In this document: positions 1-14,417 of the stretch, in pieces
Layout: each line of letters begins with the position of its first letter
How positions within the stretch are numbered: position 1 is the first letter of the stretch
Assembly (NCBI RefSeq): GCF_001194135.2
Contig: NC_068992.1
Span: 6,861,190 to 6,925,189, forward strand
DNA length: 64,000 nt
Reading direction: 5' to 3'
Source: Octopus bimaculoides
Taxonomy: Eukaryota
Program-made: the position numbers and the translations under genes
The notes under the pieces: generated by a model
Told to the model about the DNA's origin: nothing
Seen by the model: the letters and a program-made list of their open reading frames with translations, nothing else
Database searches by the model: none

Positions 1-2105
1 TCTCTCTCTCTCTACCTGTGTCTTTCCTTCTCGCACTACCTATCTATCTGATTCACACATACATATCCACATGCAAATTCATTATTTCATATACACAAAC
101 ACACGTACATATATCTATACATAAGTTCATTATCTCTTTTCAAAGCAGACATTAACTCCTACCCCTCTCCTTCTCTTTTTTATATTCCAAAGACTTTCAA
201 TAGCTGATTATCAATTCACCTGCGAATAGTGCATCTTAAAATTCAATAACATACATAACAACAGTGTATTTTACTGAATAGAATTTTGTTGGAAATTCTA
301 CTAAAAGAATGGTAGCATTCTTGTAGTGGTGGTGGAGATTTTGTAACACACACACATACATCTGACTATTACTAATGAATGAGTAGACCTCTATGTGATG
401 TGTATATATATTCTCATGAACTTGTATATAATTTCATCTCATTAAAATATTTGCTTCTGTTTGACATCTCACTCTATAAAAATTTAAGTTAATTATTCAT
501 TTATTTCATCTACTAACAATTTAGCTTTTGAGTTTGTAAGTATAAATCATTATGGCTAAATTATAATTTTTCATTTTTTAGACAACTGGACTATATTAAA
601 GATTAGCAGGATGAGTGAAGCTTTAGACAAAGTAAAATTTAAATTTAAGATTTTAATTTAAATAACTTGGATAGGTTTTGGCCATTATTGGCCCTAGCCA
701 TGTCCAACCTAAGAGCATCACCTGAAGTAGTCTTTTAATTCATAATTCAGGACATCATAGCTCATTGTTTGCTGAGATGTATGCAGATATCAGTTGTTTG
801 ATTGGTTTTTCTTGGAGAAATTTGTCTTTGTATCACTTAAATGTTATAGGGTCTTTTGCTTCTTTGATTTCTTTTAGAATTACATTGAATAAGGTTGGAT
901 TAGTTGAGTTAAAGAAAAAGTTATGCTGCAATGTTATAATGTGATGTGATAATTTTTTTTTTTTACTGGCAGGAAATGGCCCTGGAACCTTGTGTAATTT
1001 GTGAACTTACATTGGGGAGAATGAACATTGAGTTTTTTTTTAATGATTCCAAAAGTCAAGGCTTACCATGCTATTTATTAATACTAACAAAAGAAGTCAG
1101 TTTTGATTGAGCCAGATTTATGAAAAAAGGTATTCTAACCATGACAATGCCTCACTTTGTATATCTCGGAGTACAATATCCAGTGTGTACTTATTTTTTA
1201 AGAAGACTGAGTGTGATTTGAGGGTGATTTGGTTGCTCTTTGTAGCTGGTTGAATAATTGTGTAAAGGCACATTTGATTGATTGGCAAACAAGAAGTTTT
1301 GTATCAAGGAACCTGAAACACTTTCAAGCGAACTGATATCAAAAGAATCATTAAAACCATGTCTCTGCAGCCATGTAATTTAAACCACTGAGGGATGGAG
1401 AATAGTCTGAGTTGTTTAAATTAGAGAGACCTTTGTAAGAGAAAAATCTGTTTAATGTAACTGACTTCAATATCATTATATCATTATATATAACAACTTT
1501 TCTATAGAAGCTCATCAACAGTCTCTATGAAAAGTAATCAACTTTGTATTGTTAATTTCTAAATAGTGTGGCATAACTTTTTTATACTGAATAAATGGTG
1601 AAAACCAGAGTAAATCCAATTATTAATTATATTATCTGTTGCAGAATAATTTGATTTGTAGAATTATGTAGAATTATGTTAACAATGGCTAAAATTTGAT
1701 AGCAAAGAGAATACTTAAATAATATGAAACTGTCTGGAAAGAAATGATTTCATGATTATTATTAGTGAAAGAGCGAGTGACAGTTCAAAACGGTCATCTG
1801 CAAATTCTGATATGATAAATAATTCATGGTTATGAAGTGACGATTCTCTAAAAATTTGAAAGATAACTTGGCAGCCTGGAAATTTAATAGTTATGTTTAA
1901 TAAATAGTATATGAATAGGGTAAAATAGATATCTTTTTATTATTGAATATCATTTAATAGGGAGTTTTTAAGTCTGAATACCTTTCATGAATGTCACTTT
2001 TGCAAAATACTAATGGCACTTCGCATTTAGAATTCAACATGAGGTTCATATATTAAAAAAAATTATATTATCTAATACATATTATTTAAATCTCTTCTGC
2101 ACAGT

Positions 2106-2141
<36 letters not shown>

Positions 2142-2929
2142 GCGCGTGTGTCCATATGTACATATCTTATATACCCTTCAAATATGAAGGGTATATTCAT
2201 TCCCATTACCCTTCAAATATGATAGAAAAGTTCACTCATACTAGATATACAAAATAGTTTAAAGTTCATCAAACTGTATAACAAACCTGCACATTTAAAA
2301 CCTAATTTTAACATTTTATATTACAAAGTAAGAAAGGTAGATATTTTTTTTATTTCCTCTTTTAGCCAGAAGAAGAAAGGCAAATGCCATGACCTTTTCA
2401 GGGCCTCTGAGATTACTGGGAGAAAAGAAAGAAAGAAACCACAACACATGAAATGCTACAATAGGAAGCTGCACACAAGTAAATCTTTTAGCAGAGATCT
2501 AATCCAACAGCTTGTGATAAAGTGAACTGGGTGCTTAAGGTACTCAAGCAGATATTAATAATTAAATTAAATTCTTCCTGTCAAATGTAATCATATGCCA
2601 CCCTGACAAGAATTCTGAAATAAAAAATTAGCAGAAAAGTTGATAAACTCCTGTAAGAAATCAGACTGTTATGTAATAGAAATGGTAAAATTTCCTAAAT
2701 TCGTGCACTTTAAAGAAAAGTGAGTCTTGTCTTCTTTGAAAATATTAAAACTGTGTTTTGGAAGGCTGAGGAGGACTTCATTTTCAGCCTTCCAACACAC
2801 TTCTCGCATTTCTTTAAAGAAAAATCTGGTGTAGAGCTTTCAAACTCACCTCTTATCAACAAATGTTGATAATGGCTTTCTACTAATGCAGACCATCATT
2901 AGTTTACTTTTTTTATTTTTATTATGTGG

Positions 2930-3070
2930 CAGCATGGCTTTTGTGATGTAGAAGCTGCTTTGTATTGCTTCCGTATCTTTATTGATTTCTAAAACAACAT
3001 TTGGATGACTTCAGTGTTGATCTATTGCATTTGGATGTTTCCAGAACATTCAATGATGTCAACTATATTG
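2930..3070 (+). mobile_element. Degenerate CR1-clade LINE reverse-transcriptase fragment
   Basis: Frameshifted translation QHGF..RSC and DDFSVDLLHLDVSRTFNDVNY resembles the CR1 motif QHGFxxxRSCxTNL...VDVIYLDFSKAFDxV. Weaker similarity may extend to about 3650. Confidence 0.6.
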
Positions 3071-3831
3071 TGATCAATGTTGTTGTTCCTGTTGAAGCTC
3101 CAGGTCAGAGCTAATCAAGCAGACATATGTTTAGTGTTGTTGGAAAACTTTGTAAATAAACATACGTTGAGTTTGACAAAGTTGAAAAACTTGGAATAAC
3201 TGTAATCTTTATTTTTTTATTCTTTTACAAGTCTCAGCCGATGAGTTATGGTCATGCTGGGGCACTGCCATCATGTGAGATTAAATATAATTGAAATACT
3301 GCAAAACTAAGCTATACATTGATTTTAACACAATGTTGATGAACAGAGAATAAACTTCATGACTCTTGCTCTTTATGTGAGTCAGTTTGTTACTTCCTGT
3401 TGAATTCTTTTCACAGAATTCAGAAACCTATATTCAATGCAAAAAGAATCATCTTGGTATTATTTCTATGTATGATAGATCTTGCAGATATTCCTCAGAA
3501 ACCTAAGTACTTGATTACACCACAAAGACACAATTTAACAAGGGATTCTCTATATGGTCACACATTCTGCAAGAAATAGCAACCACATCCTTTCTATATC
3601 TCAACCTGATATATGTTCAGTATAGACTATTGTGTAGAAATAAAGAAAAAAGATGGGATAGTCGTGGCTTTTGATCATAAGTCTACTAAATCAAGACTGA
3701 CCTGTGAGTAAAGAACAAATGACCACGATCTCTAAAATAAATACAGATTTCACTGCAAGTAAAAAATAGAGTTGCACTAAAAGTATGTTGATGTCTACTA
3801 ATCAGTAGATAAAACAGATTCTTAAAAGATG

Positions 3832-4100
3832 TACGTGCTGGCTCTTCTGCAGGTGGCACGTAAAAAACACCATTTTGAGTGTGGCCGTTGCCAGTACCGT
3901 GTGACTGGCCCTCATGCCGGTGGCACATAAAAGCACCCACTACATTCTCAGAGTGGTTGGCATTAGGAAGGGCATCCAGCTGTAGAAACTCTGCCAGATT
4001 CAGATTGGAGCCTTGTGCAGCCATCCGGTTCACCAGTCCTCAGTCAAATCGTCCAACCCATGCTAGCATGGAAAGAGGACATTAAACGATGATGATGATG
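3832..4100 (+). mobile_element. RTE-LINE 3' end with (GAT)n tail
   Basis: ggaagggcatccagctgtagaaactctgcc...ccaacccatgctagcatggaaa...ttaaacgatgatgatg recurs at 14730, 40199, 45899, 47820 and 59973. Confidence 0.8.
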
Positions 4101-5143
4101 TACCTAGCAATTTTAGTTACTGATCTATCAACTTCCATGTAATTTCTTTCTTGAACTGGTCAAATTTTAATAACACATTGAAATTCCTTATGAGACACAT
4201 TTTTTTGTTTAGTGATGCATCATTTCAACTCTAGATGTAACCTGTACAACAGATATATAAAAGATCCTTCAGAACATTTGTACAAGTAAGCATGGAGCCT
4301 TGTTTCGACTACATGACAAAAAATATGCATTCTTTTTTAGATGAATAGATAATTACAGCAAGTTCTAGAATATTTGAGCAGTTGATATCTTTTACCACTT
4401 ATATATTTTTTCAGGATATGCATAAATTAATTATAAAATTAATTATGACAGTTTTTAATTGTATATAAAACACATTAGTGAAACCAAATAAATTTTAATA
4501 GAAATTTAAATTGAATTTTATTAGAATTATGAAATGAATTTATTATATTCGTAGAATATAACTTTACATGAAGTAACAGACTATTTCCTTTTTTTACACT
4601 TATACACACTCACATTTATTTTTATATGTGAATGCCTGGTTTAGCTTATTTATTAGAACAATTTGTTTTTGCATCTTTCCATTCTCAAATCAATTAGAGG
4701 GCAGAATGCAACATGATTATAAGTGTAAATTCAAATTTCTAAGTGAACAATGAAGCTTATACTCTTCTGCACTCTAAAATTAATACCCCATCAACTCTTC
4801 TAAAATGATTCTTCACTTGAAAATTCTCTGTATTTTATCTGCCTGAAATCCACTTATATCATTCACCTCTCTTAACTCCATCTCTGCTACAGTGTTTTGT
4901 CTCTCTCTCTCCATGACTTACACACAAGAAATTTACCTCATTCTTTTCTTTTCATATCTATCGCTTTGTTTATGTTCTTACAACAAAAAATTGACCTTCA
5001 AAAGTGAACATTTAACCATAAGGTATGGCTGTATAATTAACAAGTTCACTTCACAACCCTTCATTTACAGGTTCAGTTTCAATGCATAGCACAGTAGGTG
5101 TGCTGGACTTGCATTGACTAGTGACTTGTGAATGAAATTTTTA

Positions 5144-5187
<44 letters not shown>

Positions 5188-5189
<2 letters not shown>

Positions 5190-5437
5190 AGGCACGTGGC
5201 TTAGTGGTTAGGGTGTCAGCATCATGATTGTAAGATTGTGGTTTCGATTCCTGGACTGGGTGACGCGTTGTGTTCTTGAGCAAAACACTTCATTTCCCGT
5301 TGCTCCAGTCCACTCAGCTGGCAAAAATGAGTAACGCTGTGATGGCCTGGCATCCCGTCCAGCTTGGGAACACATACGCCATTGAAACCAGGCCCATGAG
5401 CCTGGCTAGGCTTTAAAAGGGCACATTTATTTATTTT
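5188..5437 (+). mobile_element. tRNA-derived SINE (V-core-like family), near full length
   Basis: A box TGGCTTAGTGG, B box GGTTTCGATTCC, core ccagtccactcagctgg...gatggcctggcatcccgtccag, AT-rich tail. Inverted relative at 48085-48333. Confidence 0.8.
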
Positions 5438-5468
5438 ATTTTATATATATATATATGTATATGCATTG

Positions 5469-5714
5469 GTGTGGCTGTGTAGTAAGAAGTTTGCTTCCCA
5501 ACCACATGGATTATTATTATTATCATTATTGCTATATATATATATATATCATAGGCACCTTTCAGTTTTATTTCCCAGATACACCTATGAGGTTTTGGTC
5601 AACCTGGAGCTATAACAGCTATAACAGAAGACACTTGTCTGAGATGCCATGTAGCTAAGATATAACCCAAGACCATGTGGTTGGGAAGCAAACTTCCTGA
5701 CCACACAGCCACAC

Positions 5715-5756
<42 letters not shown>

Positions 5757-5900
5757 ATATGTTTCTTTCAGGTATCATCTGCTAAATCCACTTACAAGGC
5801 TTTGGTTTGCCCAGGGCTATAATAGATGTTCAAGGTGCTATACAGTGGAACTGAACCCTAAACTATGTGATTAGACAGAGAACTACTTAACCACATTTGC
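5469..5900. mobile_element. Cluster of fragments of a second tRNA-headed SINE family (one plus-strand head, two minus-strand copies)
   Basis: Head gtggctgtgtggtaagaagtttgcttcccaaccacatgg, seen again at about 23710, 28420, 32250 and 46065. Confidence 0.75.
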
Positions 5901-5929
5901 ATTCGACTCACTGCACTACTATTAATGTT

Positions 5930-6200
5930 TACTCCATAAGTGTTATTAACTGATAAATTTTTCTCCTACTACATTAAGTATGATGCCATCACCTTGCACT
6001 GTCTTTACACTAGATTTATCAATTTCATTACACACTCAACTGATAGAAACCCTTCTTTAACATGTCTTATTCTCATAGCAGTTGACAATTGTGTTGCTAT
6101 AACGCTTTCTTGCACAGCCTAAGCATCTCATTAGTAACACCAATTCCTCTTGAAGCTTTCAGCGTTTCAACATTTCTCACCTTGCTCTTTAGTAACTCAC
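5930..6200 (-). mobile_element. Degenerate RTE-LINE ORF fragment
   Basis: Antisense translation KASRGIGVTNEMLR...CKGDG resembles the RTE region KAxGPSGVTAEMLK...YKGKGDAL; many stops. Confidence 0.45.
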
Positions 6201-6699
6201 ACTGATTTCACAAGTTCAATGGCTGTACACGTATCATATATGGGTTAATAAGGAGAGAGAGAGAGAGAGAGAGAGAGAAACAGTAACTGAAAGAGAGAGA
6301 AGGATTGAGAAAACATTTATCAAATATAAACTAACTTGGATGACAGATATCTTAATATTCAAGTTGAGGAGAGAACTTCTATGAGGTCAATCAGCTTGCC
6401 AGGAATAACTTTCAAATCTCTCTCAAGCCACATTTTATAACCTTAAAAATGCACACAGTGGATAAGGAAGACCAGTACATATACCATAAGAAAAGATTGG
6501 ATATTCATGTTCAAAACACATTTGGTCATAGGTCTGCTTGACCAGTACCACCAAAAACAGCATATTTAAATACTTAACAGGAAGTTGTTTGTTAAGTGTT
6601 TGGCATTAGAAACAGAGTGGTGCAGAAACAATTGTAACTTACAATACAATTGTACTTTGTTCATTCTTCATCTTCTTGCTTGTACCATTATATACATAC

Positions 6700-6740
<41 letters not shown>

Positions 6741-6965
6741 CACAATTTCAGTACATGAACTTGTTCATTCTTTCACACAAATACTGTATATTTTTATCTT
6801 CATTTTTGCAAATGAGAGAACAAAACTTGTTTCTTCTTAATATCTTGGTTTTTAATATAATATATCAGTGTATAATATAACGTACCTGAGTAACACATGG
6901 AACTATCAATGAATATTTGTATACCTCTATACGTTTATTTACACACATGCACACATACAGAGTGC

Positions 6966-7081
<116 letters not shown>

Positions 7082-8064
7082 ATACATATATATATATGTG
7101 TGTGTGTATGATAGTGTATAAGTGAACACACGCACATATATAAAACCAAATATATATGTGTGTGTATAGTTAAGCATATATGTACACAAACACATATATT
7201 GGTTCTAGACTTCTTGGCAAGTGAATGTAGTTTCTTCTGGCTTAGTAAACATTCGACAATGTTTCATTTTTCCTATCTTGTTAGTTTGTATATGGCTGAC
7301 TCTAACATTTCGCACCTTTCATAGTCCTAATCTCTTACCTTACTCACATGCTTAAGATGTAAATTTATAAACAACTTTTATCTAGAAAAGAAAATGTGAC
7401 GATGGGAAATGGTGACTCGAATAATTTTGTTTTCTTTTTTTTCTTGTGTCTTTTATTTATTATTTTTTTTAAACTTTATAATCTCCATTCACTTTGAAAT
7501 CATTTCTATCCTACTGAGACTAATATTATGCATAATGGGATTGATCGATTGATGTTTGGAGTTTATTAAACACTGTTTCTTGCTCTCCCATCTTAACACA
7601 GCATGGTTAAATTGTATTGCTTGTCTGATCAATTCATTTCAACCACAACATCTAACTGCAACCGTAAGAAATAACATCAAGATACTTCAAATCCTTGTTG
7701 CATTTTGTTCTATGTATCTGAAGAAGCCTGGAAGCTAAAACAAGCAAGTTTATGATATCTAAGCTGCATGGTATCAGAACTGATCTTAGATTCTTTGTAC
7801 TTTTGTCATGCAAAGTGTAATTTGATTACACCTTCTGAAAGGTATCCTGTTAAGAGAGATTATTACATGTGTGAATGACACAAAAACTGCAAGAAGTGAA
7901 ATGGAAGCAAAATACTAAAGGAAAGAAAAGAAATATTGTTGTTGTTGTTGTTGCTTATAATTCACTTTATTTTCATTAGTAAATCTAGATGAAGGTGCAT
8001 TTCTAATTCTTGTTGTGTTCTAACAGAGGCACAAGCCCTTAAATTTTGAGAAGGATGGCTGGTA

Positions 8065-8241
8065 TACAAGGGGGTGCTGAAAAATTCCTAGCTTTAAGGA
8101 TAATGCAAAAGGCCTGGCTGGAGGTCCATCCTTCCGTGTTCTTTTACAGGGTTTAGAAAAACTGAAGGATCGCTGCAATAAGTGTGTGAATCTGAGAGGA
8201 GAATATGTTGAATAAAATCATAATTAACTGATCCTCCTGTA
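8065..8241 (+). mobile_element. Truncated mariner-derived MITE
   Basis: TA followed by TIR-like caagggggtgctgaaaa, then GLEKLKDRCNKCVNLRGEYVE*, a mariner transposase C-terminal pattern. The right TIR is missing. Confidence 0.65.
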
Positions 8242-10891
8242 ACACACACACGCACACACACACAACTTCCTTCCAGAACTTGACTGAGATGCATTTTATC
8301 AACTCTTAAAAGAGGAAAAAAATTAGCAAAGTTGATCTTAGCAGGATTTGAACTCGGAACATAACACATTCATAAAATGTTGCCTGCTTCTCTGTCAATT
8401 TTGCTGATCTATTGCTCTACTACAGGAGGAAAAAATTAGCAATTCAGAGTAAATAGTAAATTTTAAGATAAAGAGTTCCAGTGCTCAACCCTTATGGAAA
8501 CTATTATAACATGCACAATCTCTTGAGCAAGGTACACAACCCCTCTACCTTTAGTTGACATGATTAGACAAACAAATATATAAAAAAAGCTTTCATCTTA
8601 ATTCATGATAAGAAAGATAACATCTAGTAAAAAATGACTAACACTTCATGAGTGAAATTTGGAAGATGGAAACTATGCAGAAGCCTGTCATATATCTTTT
8701 TACTGAAGTCCATACCATTTCTATGTTTATAAGTGTAAACAGGTGCCATGTTACATCCCTTTGTAGTGATTTGAAAGATAGATCACAATAACTTAAGTAC
8801 CAAACTGGAATTAGTACTGCTGTTGATATGACTGACCAAAAACCCTTGAGGACATTGCTTCATTTTCACCAGAATCTAATGACTGAAACCTATAAAATAA
8901 AAGGTGTATAATTAATTATACTGATCATCAGGATTTTAATAATTTATTTTTACTGACTACAAAAGGAGGTCAAGTAAAATTGATCCTAGTAAGATTTGAG
9001 CTTAGAACGTGAAGGGACATAGGAAAATATCACAAAATATTTTGTCCAATGCTCTTCTGATTCTCCCAATTTGATGCCCTACCATTAGAAATAAATATTC
9101 ATATTAATTATATTATTAGTAAACGGTTAACTCTAATGTAAAGAGATCCATGACTCAAAGGAGGTGGGAAAGAGGGTTAAAACTACATGCACTAAACATT
9201 GGCATCAACAAAAGTCTTTGTATCAGTTTTCAATATCTATTTTCTGTTTTTGTTTTCTATATTTCAAAAACTTTAGAACAATCCACTTACCTTTCTTTGT
9301 CTAAGTCAAAATATTATTATTCTCATGGCTGTTGCACTTTAAATTGTAGTTGTCATATAAGGAAGTGTTTCGCAGAAGTAGGGCATGAAAACTGAAAAAA
9401 AAAGAGGAAGACAAATTTCTGTGTTTAATAAAATTAAATTGGTTTAACTTTTTAAACATAACAAACACCAGAGTAAAAAGAAAAACGAAAAATTATGAAT
9501 GGAAACATTGTTTCACCTTATTAATTAAGGTAAGAATGATGGAGAAAATTCTATCAGTATTCGTGGTGGTAGAGGCTGGTGCTAGAGACTGCTGATATAA
9601 GCTACTTCCTTTCTTTCAAATTTACAGTAAAACAGTCAATGAATGAAATAAGAAAATAAACTTTGATCTCAGTATTTATCTATTCGACTGCACATGTTTT
9701 ATTTTCAATTTTTATTTACAATATATGTCGTTTTAAATATATTTCCATCATATGTCCAAATTACATTAGCATTTTCTCACTTTGTGCTGACATTTTAGAA
9801 TGTTTCTAGCAACACTGCTTTGCTTAAAATTTTGGTGCAGATTCTTATGATTAGATGTCTTTTCTAGAATCATTTGAAGTTGATACCTTCATGCTTTCAC
9901 CAAGGAAAATTAATTCAGCGATCTTTCATGTGCCCACTGGATAATGTTTCTCATCATAGTGAAAACATGTTACATGTCTTTCACAAAATCCTTCAAACCT
10001 TACTTTCATTGTGATTTCTAGTTTCTTGGTCTTTTTGACATGGTATCATTATGGTCTGCTATCTCTTGCAATCCTCACTTCCAGTATATATGCTCCTACT
10101 TACTGTTTTCTCATATTCCATTCAGTAACTTTTATAAGTAACATCAGCTGTTTTTGTTGTTTTTTTTTTGCTTGTTTTATCATAAGCTGAATCTGCTAAT
10201 CCCTAACTTGTCTATATGAGTTATTTATACCTAATTTATATGAATGATTGAAACCAGACTCAACCAGAAAACCATCAATTATATCTAAGTGAGAAGGTAG
10301 GTTGTCAAACATTAATAATACTTTTACTTCACTGGGAGAAAATTTGAGGATAATTTACTCATTGCAGGAATGAAATATGGAAAAATATTAGTCACTAAAG
10401 ATATGCATGTTTAATCATGATTCTGTGGACTAGAGATAATGCTGGTGCATTATGTTTTTCAAAAATAAAAGTAGTGCCAACCTTCCCTCCACCACTAACT
10501 TTAAAAAGTGCACACTGTCTGCAATTGGGCAACACAATGTTGAAAAATGTTCTTTGCTTAATTTAGAACCAGATGTAAAAGTTCCATTTTGAAACTTGGA
10601 TATTCTGGTGTGATTACTAACACAACTCTCTTTTACTTCCAGTGGAACATTAGGAGTTATCGTACATAATTAAATCAATTAATCTCTTTTTGAATGGTTC
10701 AATGTCTTTGGCTGAAGTACCATCTGCTTCACCATGGGTAATTCTATTACTCTGGTGATCTCTAATCACCATAATCACATGACACTAGATTCGAATTCTT
10801 GGTGGTCACATGCCTAACTAGCTTGGCAGCAGCATTTTCTATTTTGCAGCACTGACTTTATTAACACAAATATTAGGGTGTGTGTGTGTAG

Positions 10892-10926
<35 letters not shown>

Positions 10927-11526
10927 CATGCATAAAAATATGTTCACATATACATGTGAATGCATACTTGAGTTAGATCAATTAACCGGAATTTTAGTCA
11001 ATGCTATATCATTAAGCTAAGGCTATTTTCTTAATATCTTTGAATATAGTAGAATAATGACCCATTAAATTCTATTAGTAATATGTATGTTGTGGAAATT
11101 GGATGTGCACCTGCTTCCTGGTAAAAAAAAGATAATTCCAATATCAGTTTAAAAGAACAAAGAGTTTTGTGTGATATCAAGAACAGAGACACATTCTTTT
11201 ATCAATACACTATCAAAGTATTCAACTGGCTTCAACTACATAGATCAGATTCTTTACAGCAAGATAGTTTTCTATTACAGAATCATATTGGACTAAAACA
11301 AAGTTACATTGAGACTATACAATTGATGTAATGTATACATAAAAACTCATTAAAGTAGTAGTGTAGTGTTATACCTACCATTCCATTCACTAGAACTGAC
11401 TTGTGTGTGTGTGAAATGAGAGGGGTGGGGGGGCATGAGTAATGGAAATAAACTCAATCATACTTGGAATAAACTTTTAGACATTCGAAACAAGAGATCT
11501 TATACATGAGCAATCATGAGACAAAA

Positions 11527-11660
<134 letters not shown>

Positions 11661-12639
11661 TGAATTTTTGTGAATATATCAATGAGTATTTTCATGGTAC
11701 AAAGAAATGTCATTACATATAGATTTTTGTGAATATATCAATACAGGAAATAAGCAGTCAAATCTTCCCCAAATCACACCTCTACCATCTTAAATAATAA
11801 AAGAATACATTAGATAAGTTAGTTTCCCTATATGTTCTTCGGAAGACAGGATGGTCACGACTGGAGTGCTTATAGTCATGTATCTGTTTGAGCTAAGCTG
11901 ATCCTGAGGCTAGATTGCAACAACAGTTTCATCCCAAAGTTGTGTGAGTTATAGATTTTTAGTGCATTGTAATTTATAGAAAATGGGATTGTGCTGATAG
12001 GGTTATACTTTTTTATTATTCAATGACTGCCAAAGCTGTGTAACTTATGGATTTTTAATGACTTAAATACGGTGCTGATATTTTATACTAGGCAGAGAAA
12101 CAAAACTGTTTTTATATAACTTCACTGCAAATACCTCTGGGTACCTATATGTGATATCCAAGCCCAAACAATAGCAACAGATTCTAAATACTAGAATAAT
12201 ATTAGAAAAGAGAAAAAATATCAGAAATAAATTACTGAATGGTAATTTATTTCAGAGGCAAGAATTATATGGAGAAAAACTTAATACACACACACACAGC
12301 ATATCATACAGGTTATGTGTACTTTAATGTACATGCATACAAGTTATACGTCCTTTTATATTCATATATCCAAGTACATTTGACACACATTGCTACATTC
12401 ACAAAAATCTATGTCTACCTAAAGATATACATTACAAAACGTACAATGGCGTATTCATAAAAAATCTATGTATACACATATTTACACACTGGAAAACATG
12501 CACTGATATATTCTTCACATACAGAGTTAAATATTTACACCCAATAAAACACACAAGAACGTATTTGCAAAATTCTTTGTACACATGTATGCATATATAT
12601 TTACACACCAGAAAACAAGCATATTGATTTCTGCATTAC

Positions 12640-12680
<41 letters not shown>

Positions 12681-12777
12681 TCCTCAATATTCAAACACAT
12701 GATATACTGCAGAATAATGTAGAAAGTATGCACAAAATTTGAAAACACTATTTAGTTTATTTATTTATTTTCTTTTA

Positions 12778-12835
<58 letters not shown>

Positions 12836-13122
12836 GGAGGGTGGGTGGATATGAGCATGTGTATGTTTAATTAAATTGAAAATGGAATAGAAATTGTTGT
12901 AGAAGTTTGTTGTTTATAATTCCACAATGACCTGTCTTAATTTAACATAACTATCTACTTAATTATATTTCATTTCTGCCTGTCTCTTTACTTCAACCAT
13001 CTCCTTTAATATTGCTGTGAGTATTTGAAATTTAGCACTAATTACTTTTGCATCATATTAATTATCTTAGTATGTCTCGTTGACTGGATAGATACTTCAG
13101 TGTACTATTTTGCAAATTCTTT

Positions 13123-13252
13123 TTATAGTTCTCTTTCTTCTCTATCCACTGTCCATCCATTGTATAGCACTGAAGAGAAAAATTCATGAATGTCTCTTCC
13201 AAAAATATCTACAGCTATAAGTAGTGAGAAACTTTGAGTGTAAATTGTTATA
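13123..13252 (-). CDS. Probable terminal coding exon (phase 2 to TAA): ITIYTQSFSLLIAVDIFGRDIHEFFSSVLYNGWTVDREEREL*
   Basis: Acceptor atttttttaaactacag|T after a 94-nt GT-AG intron. About 45% GC1 versus 19% GC3 by hand count. AATAAA motifs lie about 350 nt downstream (plus-strand tttatt at about 12756-12780). Confidence 0.55.
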
Positions 13253-13346
13253 CTGTAGTTTAAAAAAATATATATAATGGAAAAAGGAAAAACGTCGATG
13301 ACTTGACATGAATTATGGAGTAGGTATGTTAGAGCGAAGTGCTTAC

Positions 13347-13414
13347 TCATCAACAGACTCTTCACTTTGAAGTAGGCTCTCTTCAGTTTGTAACAATTGA
13401 ATGTTGTTCTTTGT
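13347..13414 (-). CDS. Internal exon (68 nt, phase 0->2): TKNNIQLLQTEESLLQSEESVD(D)
   Basis: Acceptor ctttatttcattag|ACA, donor GA|gtaagc. Open frame, phases match both neighbouring exons, GC1 exceeds GC3. Confidence 0.6.
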
Positions 13415-13639
13415 CTAATGAAATAAAGCTGTTTGCTAATTCAGCAGTATGGCAAATTATCGATACAACCACCTAACTAAACAAGTAACTAATATGCTAA
13501 TATAACAGCTATTTCACCAATATGGACACACCACCTGCTAGAAATAGCAGCCAAATCTCCCTAAAATCATTAAGTGCCATTTCAAAAAGAAGGAAAATGA
13601 GTATGTGATGTCAACCTAGATAAAAAGCAATTTGTTTAT

Positions 13640-13990
13640 TTTCTTGCTTCCTAGAACATGGATCTTTGTAAGTTAATTTTAAGGCCCTTTGATTCCATGC
13701 TTTGCTTCCACACCTGAATTTCTTTCTCTAATTCTACTGCAGATTCAGGTGGGTTTTCAGCATAAAGGAGCTCTTATTGGCAGCTTACATTAAGATCTTC
13801 TGCTTTGGTCAGAGGCGGGGGGAGCAATGATAAATAGGAGGAGACTGAAAATCAAATCCCAGTGAACTTTTATCTGCACATTAAATTTATTGCTGTAGTT
13901 GTTGCTAGCTCACACAAGTCATTTGTCTCCTCCCAATTTCTGCAGCAACCACCCAATCAGCTACAGAGAGATGTTGTTGAAGGCCTTCTC
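13640..13990 (-). mobile_element. Degenerate RTE RT fragment inside the 1.0-kb intron of the minus-strand gene
   Basis: LLYAE..ESAVELEKEIQVWKQSMESKGLKINL resembles the RTE pattern ELLYADD...ELEEKFxVWKQGLESKGLRVNL. Confidence 0.7.
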
Positions 13991-14417
13991 TAAGTAACTA
14001 TGAGCTAAATATATATATATATGTGTGTGTGTGTGTGTTATATATGTATTTTAACACATGGTTACTGGCATGAAAAATCAAACAGTCAAAGATTTAACCT
14101 CAGTAAAACAAATTAACATAGAACTGCTCTCATAGAAATCTAATTGTCACCAAATATAAGCAACTATTGAAAATGAGGCTCTGAAGAACTAAAAATATCA
14201 AATATAAATTTAGCAACTTTATGGTTCAATACTAACTGTAAAAAGCTAATGTGCAAATAATGGAAAAATTTAAATAAAGATAATAAAGCTTGAACATAGA
14301 CATGTATTTAATGAAACATATTTATATATTGTTGCTATTATGCAAAAGTGTCATAAGTCCAAAATGTTGCTTTTTCAGAAAATGAAAAAATAGTTTCACA
14401 ATTCCATTTCTTTTTAC

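Noticed and set aside
582-4285. Plus-strand exon-like units (582-631 with MSEALDK, 973-993, 2366-2478, 3417-3456, 4235-4285)
   Set aside because: They do not chain into a convincing frame, some overlap a CR1 relic, and such strings are expected by chance in AT-rich DNA.
5188-5262. tRNA-like sequences with A and B boxes (also 16240-16312)
   Set aside because: They continue directly into SINE bodies and lack a proper acceptor stem, so they are SINE heads rather than tRNA genes.
5761-5777. Second AG|GT juxtaposition (tttctttcag|gtatca)
   Set aside because: It lies in a mutated antisense SINE copy, with a short pyrimidine tract and a weaker donor.
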